A DNA stretch of 64,000 nt from an uncultured delta proteobacterium (GTDB lineage Bacteria; Desulfobacterota; Binatia; Binatales; Binataceae), in NCBI GenBank assembly GCA_963765675.1, contig CAVXXK010000001.1, positions 928,001 to 992,000 on the forward strand, written 5' to 3'. Below, piece after piece: positions 1-9,950 of this stretch. Every line of letters begins with the position of its first letter. Positions within the stretch are counted from its first letter, which is position 1. The translations under genes and the position numbers were made by a program. The notes under the pieces are model-generated. The model was not told the origin of the DNA, did not search any database, and was given only the letters and a program-made list of their open reading frames with translations.

Positions 1-43
1 GCGCGCGGATAACGGAGCAGCGCTCTGCGATTGATCCAGACCC

Positions 44-97
44 AAAGATGACGCTTCGCGTCAGCCGACGAGCCGTCGGCATCCACTGGCGGAGAAA
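44..97 (-). repeat. REP-like element, family B (GTGG + GCCGACG/CGTCGGC hairpin)
   Basis: The minus strand reads CAGTGG-AT-GCCGACG-GCT-CGTCGGC-TGACGCGAAGCGTCATC, which matches the arms at 22425-22478 and 22561-22614. Confidence 0.7.
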
Positions 98-208
98 AAA
101 GAGCGGCGACCGGACCGGACGTTTCGGCAGCTCACGCAGAGCAGAGCAGCACCCTCACCCGCGCGTCACGGCGATTGCAAAAAGAAGCAATCGCCGCGCC
201 GCGCTGCG

Positions 209-500
209 CTCTCCCGGGGGAGAGCTCTGCGTGACCGGTGGCAAAAGTGTGCGAGGGCGTGAGGGCGAGATTCCTCGCGATCCCTGCCACTGCCGGTGAT
301 GCGCACGTCGCCATCTGCATTGCCGATGCGCGCTCGGAATGACAATTTCTCCTGGCTTGGTGTCATTCCGAGCGCGATCAGACAACGCTTATCGCTTCGT
401 ATGCTTCATGCTGCGCGGCAGATGCCGCGAGGAATCTCGCCCTTACGCATCGGCACACTCCTGCAATTGGTTACGCAAAGCTCTCCGGCGGGAGAGGGTG
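209..500. repeat. Palindromic element family A, copy 1 (core 262-443) with long outer inverted arms
   Basis: AGGGCGAGATTCCTCGCG-49nt-CGCGCTCGGAATGACA-16nt-TGTCATTCCGAGCGCG-49nt-CGCGAGGAATCTCGCCCT. Outer arms 209-261 and 444-496 are imperfect inverted repeats ending in CTCTCC-N4-GGAGAG hairpins. Confidence 0.9.
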
Positions 501-530
501 TCTGAAGCCGGCGGACGCGACGGTTGATTC

Positions 531-1367
531 GTGGATACGGGTGCGGCTTACTCGATTGCGATGCCTCGACGCAAGAAATCTGCGCGGGCGCGGACGGCTA
601 TCAATCCGTTGGCGCGTGGGCGATTTCCGATCCTCGAGTACGATCCGGCGCGGCGCGCGATCCTCGAGCCGCGGCGGATTGTCAAAGCGATCGATGTGCC
701 TGCGCATTGCGTGCTGTGCTTCTTCCCCGAGGTGCTGGACCATCATACGCGCGAGCGCGGGCGTGAGATCAGCGTCGCCGAAGGCGAGGGCGGACGGCAT
801 CCGATTCACGAGATCGAGTTCGACGGCAAGCGCCTGATCGTGGCGCATCCGCGGGTCGGCGCCGCGATGGCGACGGCGATGCTCGAGCGGCTGATCGCGC
901 TCGGATGCCGCAAGTTTATCGCGTGCGGAGGCGCGGGCGTGCTCGATTCGTCGATCGCCGTGGGACATATCATCGTGCCGACCGCCGCGATTCGCGACGA
1001 AGGAACTTCGTACCATTACCTGCCGCCGAGCCGCGAGGTCGGGCCGCATCCGCGGGCGCTTAAGGCAATTCACGCGGCGCTACGCGCGCGCGGCGTCGAG
1101 TACCTGGTTGGGAAGACCTGGACCACCGACGGACTTTTCCGCGAGACGCGGGCGCGGATGCTCGCGCGCAAGCGCGAAGGATGCCTGACGGTAGAGATGG
1201 AAGCGGCGGCGTTTTTCGCGGCGGCAAAATTTCGGCGCGTGATGCTGGGGCAGATTCTTTATGGCGGCGACGATCTGGGCGGCCGCTGGAACGATCGCGC
1301 GTGGATGCGCCACGCAGTGCGCGCGCAGCTATTCGATCTCGCCGCCGAAGCCTGCCTGCGGATATAG
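531..1367 (+). CDS. nucleoside phosphorylase (PNP/UDP family)
   Basis: Motifs ACGGAG, AIRDEGTSYHY, WTTDGLFRET and VEMEAAA. The start may be ATG 561. Confidence 0.88.
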   Translation: MDTGAAYSIAMPRRKKSARARTAINPLARGRFPILEYDPARRAILEPRRIVKAIDVPAHCVLCFFPEVLDHHTRERGREISVAEGEGGRHPIHEIEFDGKRLIVAHPRVGAAMATAMLERLIALGCRKFIACGGAGVLDSSIAVGHIIVPTAAIRDEGTSYHYLPPSREVGPHPRALKAIHAALRARGVEYLVGKTWTTDGLFRETRARMLARKREGCLTVEMEAAAFFAAAKFRRVMLGQILYGGDDLGGRWNDRAWMRHAVRAQLFDLAAEACLRI

Positions 1368-1510
1368 TCCCTCGCCCAGTATGGGAGGTGCCGCTGGCAC
1401 GCGGTCAGATGAGGGTCTTTTCAGCGCGGTGCGAGGCAGCGCGCGACTAAAAGAGGCGATCTATGGTCGCGCAGTCGCGCGACTCAAGCTCAAGGGACCC
1501 TTCACCTTAC

Positions 1511-1803
1511 CTCTTCCTTCAGAGAGCTTTGCATAACCAATCGAAGGAGTACGCCGGTGGGTAAGGGCGAGATTCCTCGCGACCTCTGCCGCGCAGCATG
1601 AAGCATACAAAGCGATATAGATTGTCTGATCGCGCTCGGAATGACACAAAGCCAGGAGGAATTGTCATTCCGAGCGCGCCTCGGCAATCCAGATGGGTAC
1701 GTGCGCATCACCTTAAGCGGCGGGGATCGCGAGGAATCTCGCCCTCACGCTCTGGCACACTTTTTACGACTGTTTATGCAAAGCTCGCCTTTCAGGGCGA
1801 GGG
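1511..1803. repeat. Palindromic element family A, copy 2 (core 1564-1745), inverted relative to copy 1
   Basis: Same boxes with 49/16/49 nt spacing. The inserts are reverse-complement relatives of the copy 1 inserts. Confidence 0.9.
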
Positions 1804-1815
1804 ATCAGACCTGGA

Positions 1816-3045
1816 TTAGTTCGTCAGGACGATTCCGAAGGGAGCAGGATTCGAGATCTTCAGGTCCGACTTGATCGATTGCACGAAGCAGATGGTCTGC
1901 GTACTTCCGCTGCAGGTCGCGTTGAGCTGGTACTGCGACAATGTCCCGTCGCCCTGATCGGTCGAGTAGGCGAACACGTTCTGCGGATCGACGATAATAT
2001 CGGTGGGTCCGTTAACCGAAAGCACGTTGGTCGAATTGGACAGCGCGTTGCCGGCGAGTATGTACGAGGTGATCGAACCCGACGCCATCGCGCTGGTGTT
2101 TTGATTCGCCGACAGTGCAATCGTGGAACCCGCCCACGCAACGCCGAGAGCCGCCGAGCTCGAAGGAACCGCCTGCGTGACAAATCCGGGAACCCCGGTG
2201 CTGCTGCTCGCGATAAAGAACAGCGAAATTATCTCGTTGCCTGGGTTGGTATCGCCGACCAGCAGGTAGGTGCCGGGAATGGTGCCGTTGGTGATAACCG
2301 GTCCCAGCGCGAGGAACCCCGGCGAACCGAATGTCCCGCCCAGGCTCGCGACCGGAGAGCCGGCAATATTAGCCAGAGCGCCGGTGTTCTGATTGATCGA
2401 GAGTGCGTAAATGGTGCCGTTGGAGTTATCCGATACGTAGAGGATCGTTCCGGCGGCGTTGATTGCCAGCCCGAACGGGCCGCTCATCCCCGCGATATTC
2501 GAGGTTACCGCCGTGCCGAGCGGACCGGCCGAACTAATAGGATACGCGCTGATCGATCCCTCAGCTTGATTCGATACAAACAGCCACGTTGGGACCGCGT
2601 TGATCGTCAGCGTGACCGCCTGCTCGGGATCGCTGTTGGCGCCGTTGGAGACTGACGCCGGCGTCATCGGCGTCAGGGTGCCGTCGGTGCCGACGGTGTA
2701 CTGGTAGATATTGCCGTCCTTGACATTGGTCGCATACAGGAAGGCGTTGTTTGCGGTGATCGCGATTCCCTTGGGACCGCTCGCGCTGCCCGCCGCCACC
2801 CGCGTGTTGTACTTGAGTACTCCGGTCGAGATATTGCGCTTGAACTCGGTGATGTAGCCGCTGGTGAAGTTGGTGACATAGGCGAAGCCGCCGCCGGTCG
2901 CGGTCGAGGTCGAGGTCGGCGACGCGGTGGAATTACTGACCGAGTAAACCGAATCACCGCACGAGGTGAGGCCGAGAAGAAAGGTTAGCAACAGAATCGG
3001 GGTCAGGAATGCGAGCGATCTCGCCAAGTAACGGGAATTTGACAC
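1816..3045 (-). CDS. lipoprotein, beta-propeller lactonase (6-phosphogluconolactonase-like) family
   Basis: Lipobox LTSC, a Ser/Thr linker, and repeated propeller blades (GPKGIAIT..FLYATN, GPFGLAIN..LYVSD, GPTDIIVDP..FAY). Confidence 0.8.
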   Translation of the reverse strand: MSNSRYLARSLAFLTPILLLTFLLGLTSCGDSVYSVSNSTASPTSTSTATGGGFAYVTNFTSGYITEFKRNISTGVLKYNTRVAAGSASGPKGIAITANNAFLYATNVKDGNIYQYTVGTDGTLTPMTPASVSNGANSDPEQAVTLTINAVPTWLFVSNQAEGSISAYPISSAGPLGTAVTSNIAGMSGPFGLAINAAGTILYVSDNSNGTIYALSINQNTGALANIAGSPVASLGGTFGSPGFLALGPVITNGTIPGTYLLVGDTNPGNEIISLFFIASSSTGVPGFVTQAVPSSSAALGVAWAGSTIALSANQNTSAMASGSITSYILAGNALSNSTNVLSVNGPTDIIVDPQNVFAYSTDQGDGTLSQYQLNATCSGSTQTICFVQSIKSDLKISNPAPFGIVLTN

Positions 3046-3264
3046 GGTCGCTCCTTTAGTCGCGAGTCAGCATTATCATCAGGCAGGACGCAGCCGCGCA
3101 AGATAAGTCGCGTGGGGCGGGAAACCCCGCGATTTCCACATAAAGCCAGAAATGATGGATGGGGCTGCTTAAGCGCCGAGCGGGTCGGGTTAGGCGATCA
3201 TTTCGGGAATCGAGATAAATCCTGCGCGCTTGACATCGGAGCGTGCGCGGGGCGAAACGATGCT

Positions 3265-3741
3265 ATGGCGTCCGCGCGATTCGTTATCCGCCGCGCTCGC
3301 GCTGCCGACGCGGTCGCGATTGCCGAGGTCTACATAGAATCGCGGCGCGGGGCCGCGCGCTATTTCCCGACCGTGCATAGCGACGACGATATCCGCGGAT
3401 GGATCACGTCCTATCTCGTGCCGAAGCTTGAAGTCTGGCTGGCCGAAGATGCAGCGTCGGGAAAAGCAATCGGGATGATGGCGCTCGAGGGTAACATGGT
3501 CGAGCAGCTATATGTCGCGCCCGCGGCGCAGCGGCGCGGCGTCGGCGACGGGCTGCTGGCGCTCGCGATGCGCGAGCGGCCCGCGGGGTTGCGTCTATGG
3601 ACCTTTCAGGCGAACACGCCCGCGCGGAACTTTTACGAAGCGCGAGGCTTCAAGGCGATCGAGTTTACCGACGGCGCGCGCAACGAAGAGCGCACGCCCG
3701 ACGTGCTCTACGAATGGAAGCCCGCGGCGCGGCGAGAATGA
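3265..3741 (+). CDS. GNAT family N-acetyltransferase
   Basis: LYVAPAAQRRGVG acetyl-CoA motif and N..ARNFYEARGF. Start placed at ATG 3265. Confidence 0.88.
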   Translation: MASARFVIRRARAADAVAIAEVYIESRRGAARYFPTVHSDDDIRGWITSYLVPKLEVWLAEDAASGKAIGMMALEGNMVEQLYVAPAAQRRGVGDGLLALAMRERPAGLRLWTFQANTPARNFYEARGFKAIEFTDGARNEERTPDVLYEWKPAARRE

Positions 3742-3794
3742 TGAGCGTCACAAGGGTAGTACGTTCGTTTGAGAATTCACGGCTCGGGCCGAGG

Positions 3795-4071
3795 TGTCAT
3801 TCCCGCGCGTGTGCCGCGCGCGAGGAATCCCGAGCGAAGAGTTGCTGCATGTGATGTTGGCGTCGAGCATGGCCGCTCCGGGATTTCTCCCTCCGGTCGA
3901 AATGACGTATGCGGGCGAGTTTCATGAGTATCGTAGCCTGAGCCGAGCTCTCAATCGTCATTCCGAGCCTTGGGCGAGGAATCCCGAAGCGGCCATGCTC
4001 CGGCGCCAGCATTACATGCTGCGGCGCCTCGTCCGGGATTTCTGGCGCGGCGGCCACGCGCGGGAATGACA
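3795..4071. repeat. Palindromic doublet of TGTCATTCC..GAGGAATCCC / GGGATTTC..GAATGAC units (family A-related)
   Basis: Begins TGTCATTCCCGCGCGTG and ends CACGCGCGGGAATGACA. The two internal ~50-nt segments are imperfect reverse complements of each other. Confidence 0.85.
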
Positions 4072-4138
4072 TTCAGAGAGCGTGTTGCAACAATGAAACC
4101 GCGAATGACGCCGTATCGACGACTAAGGAGATTTAACG

Positions 4139-5116
4139 ATGGCATCAATTGATTTCAACAAAATTCCGCGCTTCAAGGATTTGCCCGTAAAAAAAGGCGC
4201 ACCCGCCGAATCCTCGTGGGGCGTGTTCGGCGACAACGACGAATTCGGATGCTTGAATTTTCTCACGCCCGAGGGCGTCGTCGAGGCGGCGCGTCTGGTG
4301 CAGAAGGGGCGCGTGTTCCGGCTCGATACGCCGATCAATTACGCCAAGCCTCCGCTGTTCAATCGGCTGCCTGCCAAGCACACGATCCTGAGCTTCGAAC
4401 AATACGGGTTGCTGGGCCATGACGACTCGCTCGACAACTACAACACGCAAGAAGGCAGCCAATGGGACGGCCTGGCGCACGTCGGCCACGTGCGGCATCG
4501 CAAATTCTACAACGGCGTCACCGACGACCAGGTGAAGGACGGGCCCGATGGCAAACTGAGTATTCACAAATGGGCAAATCGCGTAGTCGGTCGCGGCGTG
4601 CTGATCGACGTGCGCAAATTCACGCAGGACAAGGGTCGGCCGCTCGACCCGCTGACCTCGGCGACCTACAAGCTCAAGGATTTGCAAGACGCGCTGGCTG
4701 CGCAGAAATCCACGCTCAAGCCGGGATCGATCCTGCTGGTGCGGACAGGATGGCTCGGCGCGTACTTCGGAACGTCGGCGGCGGAGAAAAAGGCGATGGC
4801 GCCGCTCGAGGCGCTCAAGTCGTGCGGCATCGAGGCGACCAGCGAGATGGTCGGATGGCTGTGGGATAGCCGCGTCGCCGCGATCGGGACCGATTGTCCG
4901 GCCGTCGAGCAGTGGCCGTGGGATTTCAAGGATGAAGGCGCGCTGCACTATCGCGCGCTCTCGATGCTGGGGCTGCCGCTCGGCGAGCAATTTGTCCTCG
5001 ACGATCTTGCGGCCGATTGCGCCGCCGATAATCGCTACGAGTTCATGGTGGTGTCGGTGCCGATGAACCTCGAGGGCGGAATCGCGACGCCGCCCAACGC
5101 GGTCGCGATCAAGTAA
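4139..5116 (+). CDS. cyclase family (kynurenine formamidase-like) metal-dependent hydrolase
   Basis: Motifs WG..DEFGCLN, GSQWDGLAH, GRGVLIDV, LLVRTGW, LGEQFVLDDLA and PNAVAIK. Confidence 0.88.
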   Translation: MASIDFNKIPRFKDLPVKKGAPAESSWGVFGDNDEFGCLNFLTPEGVVEAARLVQKGRVFRLDTPINYAKPPLFNRLPAKHTILSFEQYGLLGHDDSLDNYNTQEGSQWDGLAHVGHVRHRKFYNGVTDDQVKDGPDGKLSIHKWANRVVGRGVLIDVRKFTQDKGRPLDPLTSATYKLKDLQDALAAQKSTLKPGSILLVRTGWLGAYFGTSAAEKKAMAPLEALKSCGIEATSEMVGWLWDSRVAAIGTDCPAVEQWPWDFKDEGALHYRALSMLGLPLGEQFVLDDLAADCAADNRYEFMVVSVPMNLEGGIATPPNAVAIK

Positions 5117-5150
5117 TTGAAATTCAAAACCGGAATCCAAGGTTAGCGAA

Positions 5151-6122
5151 ATGGCACTCGAACTTTCATGCGCGTTCGCAACTTCGTCTGAAAGCCACGA
5201 GCACGCGCGAATCGCCGAAGAGCTGGGCTACGCGCGTGCCTGGTTCTACGATTCGCCCGCGCTCTATCCCGACGTCTGGGTGCAACTCTGCCGCGCCGCC
5301 GAGCGCACGAGCAGGATCGGCCTCGGCCCGGGAGTGCTGGTACCGAGCCTGCGGCATCCGATGGTCAACGCGGCGGCGATTGCGACGCTCGCATCGATCG
5401 CGGGAGCGCGCCGCGTCGCGGTGGCGATCGGATCGGGCTTCACCGGACGGCTGACGATGGGCAAAAGGCCGATGAAGTGGACCGACGTGCGCGAGTACGT
5501 GCAGGTTCTGCGCGCACTGCTCAGCGGCGACGAAGCAAAGTGGGAGGGCGCGGCGATCCGGATGCTGCATCCGGCGGGCTACGGCGCGCCGCGTCCGATC
5601 GAGGTGCCGATCGTGATCGGCGCCGCCGGTCCCAAGGGAATCGCGGTGGCGCGCGAGCTGGGCGACGGCGTCTTTGGCGCGCCAAACCCGATTCCCGGGT
5701 TCAAGTGGAGCATCGCGCTGACTCTCGGCACCGTGCTTCGGGAGGGCGAGGATCCCGGATCGGCGCGAGTGCTCGCGGCGGCAGGCCACGCCGCGCCGGT
5801 GCTGTTTCATTTCGCGCTCGAAAACAAGATGCTGCAGCTCGTCGACCGAGGCGAGGAATGGGCGGCCGCGTATAAGGACGTGCCGAGCCATCAGCGTCAT
5901 CTGGCGCTGCACGACCAGCATCTGATCGCGATCAATAAGCGCGACCGGCCGTTCATCACCGGAGCGACGCTGGTCAAGCAGGGACTCGCGCTGACGCGCG
6001 CAGGATGGCGCGAACGCGCCGCGGCGCTGGAAGCGGCGGGCGCGACGGAGATCGCGTATCAGCCGGCAGGCCCGGATATCGCGTCCGAGCTGGAAGCATT
6101 CGCGTCGGCGATTCGCGGTTGA
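5151..6122 (+). CDS. LLM-class flavin-dependent oxidoreductase
   Basis: AEELGY..AWFYDS, RIGLGPGV..P..RHP and IVIGAAGPK luciferase-like motifs. Confidence 0.88.
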   Translation: MALELSCAFATSSESHEHARIAEELGYARAWFYDSPALYPDVWVQLCRAAERTSRIGLGPGVLVPSLRHPMVNAAAIATLASIAGARRVAVAIGSGFTGRLTMGKRPMKWTDVREYVQVLRALLSGDEAKWEGAAIRMLHPAGYGAPRPIEVPIVIGAAGPKGIAVARELGDGVFGAPNPIPGFKWSIALTLGTVLREGEDPGSARVLAAAGHAAPVLFHFALENKMLQLVDRGEEWAAAYKDVPSHQRHLALHDQHLIAINKRDRPFITGATLVKQGLALTRAGWRERAAALEAAGATEIAYQPAGPDIASELEAFASAIRG

Positions 6123-6749
6123 TCACGCAACCGCCGCGCGGGCGATGATCGCGGCGATCGCGCGGATCGCGGTCTCCATCACGTCGAGGGCCATGCTCGG
6201 GGCGTTCGGATGGCGCGCGCTCTGGCGCGAATCGTAGGGGAGATGGATGAATCCGACCGGCAGGCTCTGCCGGCGCCGCGTCAGATGCAAGCTCGCGTAC
6301 ATCAGCGCGTTGCACGCATACGCGCCGGCGCTCAGCGAGACCTGGGCGGGAATTTCGCGCCGGCGCATGTCGCGCATCACGGCAGGAATCGGAATCCGCG
6401 CGAAGTAGGCCTCGGGCGCGCCTGCGATGACTGGCTTCGCGCTGGTGCCATAGGTGTTGCTGGCGGCAGCGTTCTCGTCGGCCAGATTGATCGCGACTTT
6501 TTCGATCGAGATTGCGGGCCGTCCACCCGCCTGCCCGAGTCCCAGGATCGCGCGCGGGCGATAGCGGACGATCGCGGCGTTGAGGCGGCGTACGGCGGCG
6601 GCGCATCCGACCGGGACCTTCACCGATTTGACTTTGAGCGCCGCGATCTCGTCGCCGTCGAGGCTCCGGGCGATCTCCCATGAGGGATTGATCCGCTCGC
6701 CGCGAAATGGCGCGAATCCAGTAATCAGCAAAATCCGCGACTGCGCCAT
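6123..6749 (-). CDS. pcp: pyroglutamyl-peptidase I
   Basis: LITGFAPF..INPS, ISIEKVAIN (Glu), SAGAYACN (Cys) and GFIHLP (His). Confidence 0.93.
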   Translation of the reverse strand: MAQSRILLITGFAPFRGERINPSWEIARSLDGDEIAALKVKSVKVPVGCAAAVRRLNAAIVRYRPRAILGLGQAGGRPAISIEKVAINLADENAAASNTYGTSAKPVIAGAPEAYFARIPIPAVMRDMRRREIPAQVSLSAGAYACNALMYASLHLTRRRQSLPVGFIHLPYDSRQSARHPNAPSMALDVMETAIRAIAAIIARAAVA

Positions 6750-6757
6750 GCGAGCCT

Positions 6758-7585
6758 CTAGCTCTTGCGCACCGGATGCTCGATCGGAACGTCGTCGCGA
6801 TTACCCCATTCGGCCCACGAACCCCAGTAGTTGCGCACGTTCGGATAACCGGCCAGCCGCAGCGCGACTAACGCGTGCGCGGCGCGGTAACCACCTTGGC
6901 AATATGGAATGATCTCGGCGTCGGGGCGCAGGCCGAGCGCCTCGTACTCCGCGCGCAGCGTGGCGGGCGATTTGAATTTGCCGTCGGCGGTGTTGGCTTC
7001 CGTCCAATCGCGATGCGCCGAGCCGGGAATCGCGCCGCCGTGGCGGGCGCGCACGCGTTCGCTGAAATACTCGGCGTCGCTGCGAACGTCGAAGATGCGA
7101 ACCTCGCGGCGTCCGAGCCGCTCGACGATATACGCGCTCGACGCGGAGATCTCGTCGCGCGGCGCACCCTTGAAGTGCGTCGGCTTTATCGCCGCCGGCG
7201 CGGTCCAGAGCTTTTCATTCGCGAGCGCGCGCAGTCCGCCGTCGAGCATCCTCGCGCGCCGATGCCCCATCCATTCGAGCAGCCACAGCACGCGCGCCGC
7301 GCGCATCCCGGAGTCGTTCTCGTAGCATACGACGGTTTCCTTGCCGGTGATTCCGAGCGCGGAGAATATCCATTCGAGCTGCGCGCGAAATTCCCGGATG
7401 CCGCGATCGGAGCTGTCGGAGTAATGAAACGGAAACGGATCGAAATGGCGCGCTCCGCGGATATGGCCGGCCCAGTAATCGTCGGGCGCGCGGGTGTCGA
7501 TGAACACGACATTCTTGTCGCTGCGATGCGCTCGCGCCCATTTCGCGTCGACGATTGGTTTGGGTTGCGCCGCTGATGATGCCAT
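6758..7585 (-). CDS. tandem rhodanese sulfurtransferase
   Basis: GHIRGA, LDGG, YCQGGYRAA active-site loop and NYWGSWAEW. Confidence 0.92.
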   Translation of the reverse strand: MASSAAQPKPIVDAKWARAHRSDKNVVFIDTRAPDDYWAGHIRGARHFDPFPFHYSDSSDRGIREFRAQLEWIFSALGITGKETVVCYENDSGMRAARVLWLLEWMGHRRARMLDGGLRALANEKLWTAPAAIKPTHFKGAPRDEISASSAYIVERLGRREVRIFDVRSDAEYFSERVRARHGGAIPGSAHRDWTEANTADGKFKSPATLRAEYEALGLRPDAEIIPYCQGGYRAAHALVALRLAGYPNVRNYWGSWAEWGNRDDVPIEHPVRKS

Positions 7586-7618
7586 CGCGTGGTTCCTTCG
7601 CGGCAGGACAAATCGCGC

Positions 7619-8680
7619 TCAGGCGCCGATGCCGACCGCATCGCTAATAGAGCGAAATCCCTCGCGCCGGAGCAAGGCCATCAGGCCGCGTTTGATTTCC
7701 GCCACGACTCCCGGCCCCTGGTAGATGAGCGCGGTGTACAGCTCGACGAGGCTGGCGCCGGCGCGGATATGCTCCCACGCGTCGTCGGCGCTCGAAACAC
7801 CACCGACACCGATGATCTTGAGGCGTCCGCCGGTGTGGCGGTAAATCTCGCGAATAAATTCGCGCGAGCGGCCCCGCAGCGGAGTGCCGCTCAGGCCGCC
7901 AGCGTGCTCGGACGTGATTCCGACCGCGTTGCGCGCGAGCGTGGTGTTGGTCGCGACGATTCCGTCGAGCGCCAGCTCGAGCGCGGTGTCGCAAATCCGG
8001 CGCAGATCGGCGGATTCGAGATCGGGCGCGACTTTGAGCAGGATCGGCGGACGACGCGGCGCGTTCGTCATCGCGGCGTTGATCGCGGCGAAAATCTCGC
8101 GCATCCGCTCGGGCGATTGCCAGTTGCGCAGGCCGGGCGTGTTCGGCGAGCTGACGTTGACGACGATAAAATCCGCCAGCGCGCCCATCCGGCGGACGAG
8201 CGACGCATAGTCTTCCGCGACGCGCTCGACCGCGGTCTCCTTGTTCGGCCCTAGATTGATCCCCAGCTTGATCGCGACTCCGCGCCGACGCATCCGCTCG
8301 ATACGGCCGGCGACCGCGTCCATCCCGTCGCTCGGAAAGCCGAGCCGGTTGATGAGCGCGCGGTTCTCCGGCAAGCGGAAGACGCGCGGACGCGGATTTC
8401 CCGACTGCGGACGCGGCGTAATTGTGCCCAACTCGGCGAATCCAAAGCCGAGTCCCTGCCACGCGCCGGCGGCGACGGCATCTTTGTCCATCCCGGCGGC
8501 GAGTCCGATTGGATTTGAGAATTCCAGGTCCCAGAGTTTGACCCGCAATTCGGGAGGATCGGCCGGCGGCGACAGAAGCGGCCAGGTGGACAGGAGCGAG
8601 AGGGTCATGCGATGGGCGGTCTCGGCGTCGCACTGGAAGAGAGCGGGCTTTGCGAGTTTGTACAGTTCCGAGAGCATCAT
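7619..8680 (-). CDS. pyrD: quinone-dependent dihydroorotate dehydrogenase
   Basis: NPIGLAAGMDK, PQSGNPRPRVFRL, NVSSPNTPGLR and GGLSG. True start is near 8680; the longer ORF runs into repeat copy 3. Confidence 0.95.
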   Translation of the reverse strand: MMLSELYKLAKPALFQCDAETAHRMTLSLLSTWPLLSPPADPPELRVKLWDLEFSNPIGLAAGMDKDAVAAGAWQGLGFGFAELGTITPRPQSGNPRPRVFRLPENRALINRLGFPSDGMDAVAGRIERMRRRGVAIKLGINLGPNKETAVERVAEDYASLVRRMGALADFIVVNVSSPNTPGLRNWQSPERMREIFAAINAAMTNAPRRPPILLKVAPDLESADLRRICDTALELALDGIVATNTTLARNAVGITSEHAGGLSGTPLRGRSREFIREIYRHTGGRLKIIGVGGVSSADDAWEHIRAGASLVELYTALIYQGPGVVAEIKRGLMALLRREGFRSISDAVGIGA

Positions 8681-8767
8681 GGCCGTCGCATCGGCAATCT
8701 TGCAGTCCCGTGCGGCGCTACGCAAATCGCCAAATTGGCAACTCAATGAAAGGATGCGCTGACGCAA

Positions 8768-8949
8768 AGGGCGAGATTCCTCGCGATCTCTGCCAATCAC
8801 CGTAGCGAGCACGACGCGATACGCTGTGCCTGAACGCGCTCGGAATGACACGGATGACGCGAAAGGTGTCATTCCGAGCGCGAGCGGGCGATGCATAATC
8901 GCGTCGTGCTTGTCGCGCCGAGCGGCAGGGGCCGCGAGGAATCTCGCCA
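8768..8949. repeat. Palindromic element family A, copy 3
   Basis: Same boxes with 49/16/50 nt spacing, lying between divergent pyrD and thyX. Confidence 0.9.
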
Positions 8950-9098
8950 GTGGCGCAGGCGAACCCTCAGAATGGGGGTCGAATCGGCGCGTGTGGGGAT
9001 AATCGTCGCCGCGATGGATGCATTCCCGTGCGCGCATGGAATATGATCGGAGACGAATCGATCAAGCGGAGAATTTCCCGGAGGCGGACGACGACGCG

Positions 9099-9926
9099 GT
9101 GAGCAATCAGACAAAGATGGAGGTCAAGCTGGTCGATTACGCGCAGCTTCCGCTCGAGAAGCTCTACGCCGCGTTCCGCACCTGTTATTCGTCGGAGACC
9201 CCGATCGAAGTCTGGGAAAAAATCAGAACCGAAAAGATTAGCCACGAGACGATCCGCAAATTTATCGGGGAGCGGCTGAAGACCGGACACGCCTCGCCGC
9301 TCGAGCAGGTCGTGTTCTGGTTCGGGATCTCGGGCGTGTCGCGATCGCTATCGCATCAGTTCGTGCGCCATCGCATCGGGATTAGCTTCGAGCAGCAGAG
9401 CCAACGCTACGTCAAGTTCAAGCAGGATCGGATGGCGTACGTGCTGCCGCAATCGTGGCAGCGAGTCGGGCTCGACGGCGAGTACGAAGAGTTGCTGGCG
9501 AAGGTGTCGGAGCTTTACGCCAAAGCGCTCAAGGCGGGTATCCCGGCCGAGGATGCACGCTTCGTGCTGCCCAACGCGGCACCGACCAATTTTCATGTGA
9601 TGGTGAATTTTGCCGAGATGCTGCACATCTGCGACCTGCGCCTGTGCCTGCGCGCGCAGTGGGAGATTCGGCGGATGGTCGCGATGATGCGGGCGGAGAT
9701 CAGGCGCGTGCTGCCCGAGATCGCGGTGTTCCTGCAGCCCAAGTGCGGCGAGAACCGCATGGGATATTGCGACGAGTCGCTCGAGGATTGGGCCAAGTGC
9801 CCGCTCGGCAAAGTGCGCCCGCACAAGTCCGCGCTGTTCGAGATGTACGAGCTACACGGCAAGCGCAAATCCGAAGCGCTCGGCGAAGCCGAGTTCAAAG
9901 CAGTCGAAGAAAAAGAGCTGCTCTAA
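9099..9926 (+). CDS. thyX: FAD-dependent thymidylate synthase
   Basis: GHASPLE, QFVRHRIGISFEQQSQRY (RHR-x7-S-x-R), EDARFVLP and RAQWEIR. Start is GTG 9099 or ATG 9117. Confidence 0.95.
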   Translation: MSNQTKMEVKLVDYAQLPLEKLYAAFRTCYSSETPIEVWEKIRTEKISHETIRKFIGERLKTGHASPLEQVVFWFGISGVSRSLSHQFVRHRIGISFEQQSQRYVKFKQDRMAYVLPQSWQRVGLDGEYEELLAKVSELYAKALKAGIPAEDARFVLPNAAPTNFHVMVNFAEMLHICDLRLCLRAQWEIRRMVAMMRAEIRRVLPEIAVFLQPKCGENRMGYCDESLEDWAKCPLGKVRPHKSALFEMYELHGKRKSEALGEAEFKAVEEKELL

Positions 9927-9950
9927 ATCATCTCTCGCGCTCTTTCTGGC

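Noticed and set aside
262-443. Family A boxes with constant-length inserts as a mini-CRISPR array
   Set aside because: The units are inverted rather than tandem direct repeats, the inserts are mutually homologous, and there are no cas genes.
3794-4072. Mirror 91-aa ORFs (MSFPRV...) and other short ORFs over repeats (e.g. 296-505, 9972-10301, 51561-51839)
   Set aside because: They are by-products of palindromic repeats and show no protein-family motifs.
8681-9037. 119-aa N-terminal extension of PyrD
   Set aside because: It is read-through across repeat copy 3; family similarity starts near 8680.
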